The notes under the pieces: generated by a model
What the model saw: the letters and a program-made list of their open reading frames with translations, nothing else
Database searches by the model: none
What the model was told of the DNA's origin: nothing
Origin: Azolla caroliniana
Taxonomy: Eukaryota > Plantae > Polypodiophyta
Assembly: GCA_043228905.1 (NCBI GenBank)
Contig: JBHGNT010000003.1
Coordinates: 558,001 to 622,000 of the forward strand
DNA length: 64,000 nt
Direction: 5' to 3'
Shown: positions 62,039 to 64,000 of the stretch, piece after piece
Position numbering within the stretch: position 1 is the stretch's first letter
Layout: each line of letters opens with the position of its first letter
Made by a program: the position numbers and the translations under genes

Positions 62039-62550
62039 TGTACTCAAATTCATCCAAAAAACTTCACTTGCATCTTAAAGCAACCACATGTAAAAAAGGT
62101 ATGGGAACAAAATCTTCATCCCGAGTCAAAACAAAAGTTGCATACAGCCCCACACCATTGACACAAAAATTATAGCCAAATTCATCCAAAACCTCAATTA
62201 AAAACCCCTGCTTGCATCTTAATGCAACCCTGAGGAAAAGATGTGCTCAAATGAATCTTCCATCTCAAACGAAAATAAACATGTGATGCATACCACACCG
62301 TTGTTGACATACAACTTGTACCCAAATACATTCAAACACCTAAATTAAGAACTCCCTGGTTGCATCTTAAAGCAACTGTATGGAAAAGACGTCTTGGACC
62401 GAATCATCATCTCAAGCAAAAACAAATGTGTGAGGTGTCCCGCCTCATTGACACAAATCTTGTACCCAAAGCCTAAATTAAGAACTCTCCGACTGCATCT
62501 TTAAGCAACCTTATAGGAAAGAAGCATTGGAGCAAAATTCATCTTCAGCA
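62039..62550. repeat. Four diverged ~140-bp tandem units
   Basis: TGCATCTT(A/T)A(A/T)GCAAC at ~62069, 62214, 62361 and 62494; TTGACA(C/T)A and TGTAC(C/T)CAAA also recur. Confidence 0.75.
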
Positions 62551-63074
62551 AACACTTGAGTAATGCACTAATTATATATGATAAGAACCTAAATTTCCTA
62601 AATTAACATCCATAAACCTCATCTACCATATAGATCAAAGCAATATTATGACCATCAAAGTTGGATGGTCCACTACAACATTTTAATGTGTCAGCATGGC
62701 TGATCTTTCGGCTTGCATTTGAAGAATACGAAATCATTTGTAATATTTGTAAGGATCTGGTCACCTGTTATACATCATTAAAAGATTTTGTTATACAAAT
62801 CCCTTCAAGGCAACAAGCCAATTAGAAAATGGATAGACTTTCCATTCCCCAAACATGAATCCCTGTACCCCTATATCCACCATCACTCTTTGGCACCAGA
62901 TATGAAAATTTCTTGGACTCAAGAAGATCTTTTGTTTCTTCTTTTCTAGATTTCCATCTTTACGGATATGTGGACCTACCTCCTGAGACAAAAGACAAGT
63001 GATCTGATGCATGCTTATGATTATATAGATTGACTATGATACAACATTTTTTGTCAGCAATTTAAAGCCACATA

Positions 63075-64000
63075 CTATGATGACACTATGTCAAGTCCAC
63101 CTAAAGTGATGACTTCTTGCCCTGTTTTATCCCAAACAACCTTTCCACAATATAATAGAGCCGCAGATGCACACAAAAGAGTCAATGGAACTCCAGCAAC
63201 ACAACCCCCAGGAAGAAGATTCACAAGTGTCTGCATAAGAAACATAAACAAGATAGTTAACCAATAAGAAGACCTCACATAGCACATAATCCTTCCCATC
63301 TTTCTGACTCACGAGAAAAGAGGCTGTGAAGTGCAATGCTGGAGGAAACAACTGGAGATTTTTCTTCCCATCTTCATAGCCGTTGAAAGCAATAATCATG
63401 GAGAAGGTGTGAATCACGAGGAAGGCTAGTGATATGAGTGCTGATAAAATTAAACAGAGGAACAAATCAATATATCATACTATCATTCACTCTCTCTCTC
63501 TCTCTCTCAAATCACCACCAAGAATGTTGAATGCTATAAATACTATAGGCCTAATTCACTCGCAAGTTTCGTATAAGTTGCATGTGAGAAAAGTGATCTT
63601 TGTGCCCATACCTAACTGTAATAAAATTACTTTAAGTCATAAGCTTGAATCTATGTCTCCATTCACAATTGGACCATCACATAGTAAAACTAACAAAAAC
63701 CTGAAGATAATTATTGCCTTCCATTTATGTAAACTAAGAAATGTGCAGCCAAACAGTTGTTGAGCCATATCTCTAAATAAATGACATAGTATGTGTTATA
63801 AAGCCCCTTTTCTACATTTATGAATCGTCTATTTTAGAGGGAATAAGGGAAACTACCTGCCACCATGAATAAAGGCATCTGACTGCAGGAATCCACATAG
63901 TATGTAGCTGGTCCAAATGAAGGAGTTAGAAGACTTAGACAGAAGAAAACTGCATGTGCTATTCCATGTCCTAAACCACCAGCTGCAATGACAAATTATC
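63075..64000 (-). CDS. APH1: Gamma-secretase subunit APH-1, last three coding exons (gene starts beyond window)
   Basis: Exons >=64000-63857, 63440-63313 and 63230-63075: [70 protein letters not shown]. Confidence 0.92.

Overview
Land-plant nuclear DNA, probably a fern or other non-seed plant (inference from gene and TE content). Bases 1-~24.9 kb are a stack of nested transposons in a decayed Ty3/gypsy relic: three minus-strand Ty1/copia elements (178-4096, 6826-23724, 13284-19247), a tRNA-Trp-primed gypsy fragment, several solo LTRs and a hAT-type MITE. The most interesting item is a 1.5-kb insert (19625-21167) not captured by the ORF track. It encodes the C-terminal end of a Penelope-like (PLE) reverse transcriptase with no downstream GIY-YIG domain, carries a minimal type-I hammerhead ribozyme (20523-20568, minus), and is flanked by a 161-bp direct duplication of the target. 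Bases 25-64 kb are genic: a PLS-class PPR gene, mitochondrial pyruvate dehydrogenase kinase, an intronless MCTP (QUIRKY/FTIP-like) gene with a GT-1-type palindrome cluster upstream, a 13-exon TPR plus glyoxalase-II-like metallo-beta-lactamase fusion, an F-box gene and the 3' part of APH1. All calls were made by reading the sequence; no database searches were run.
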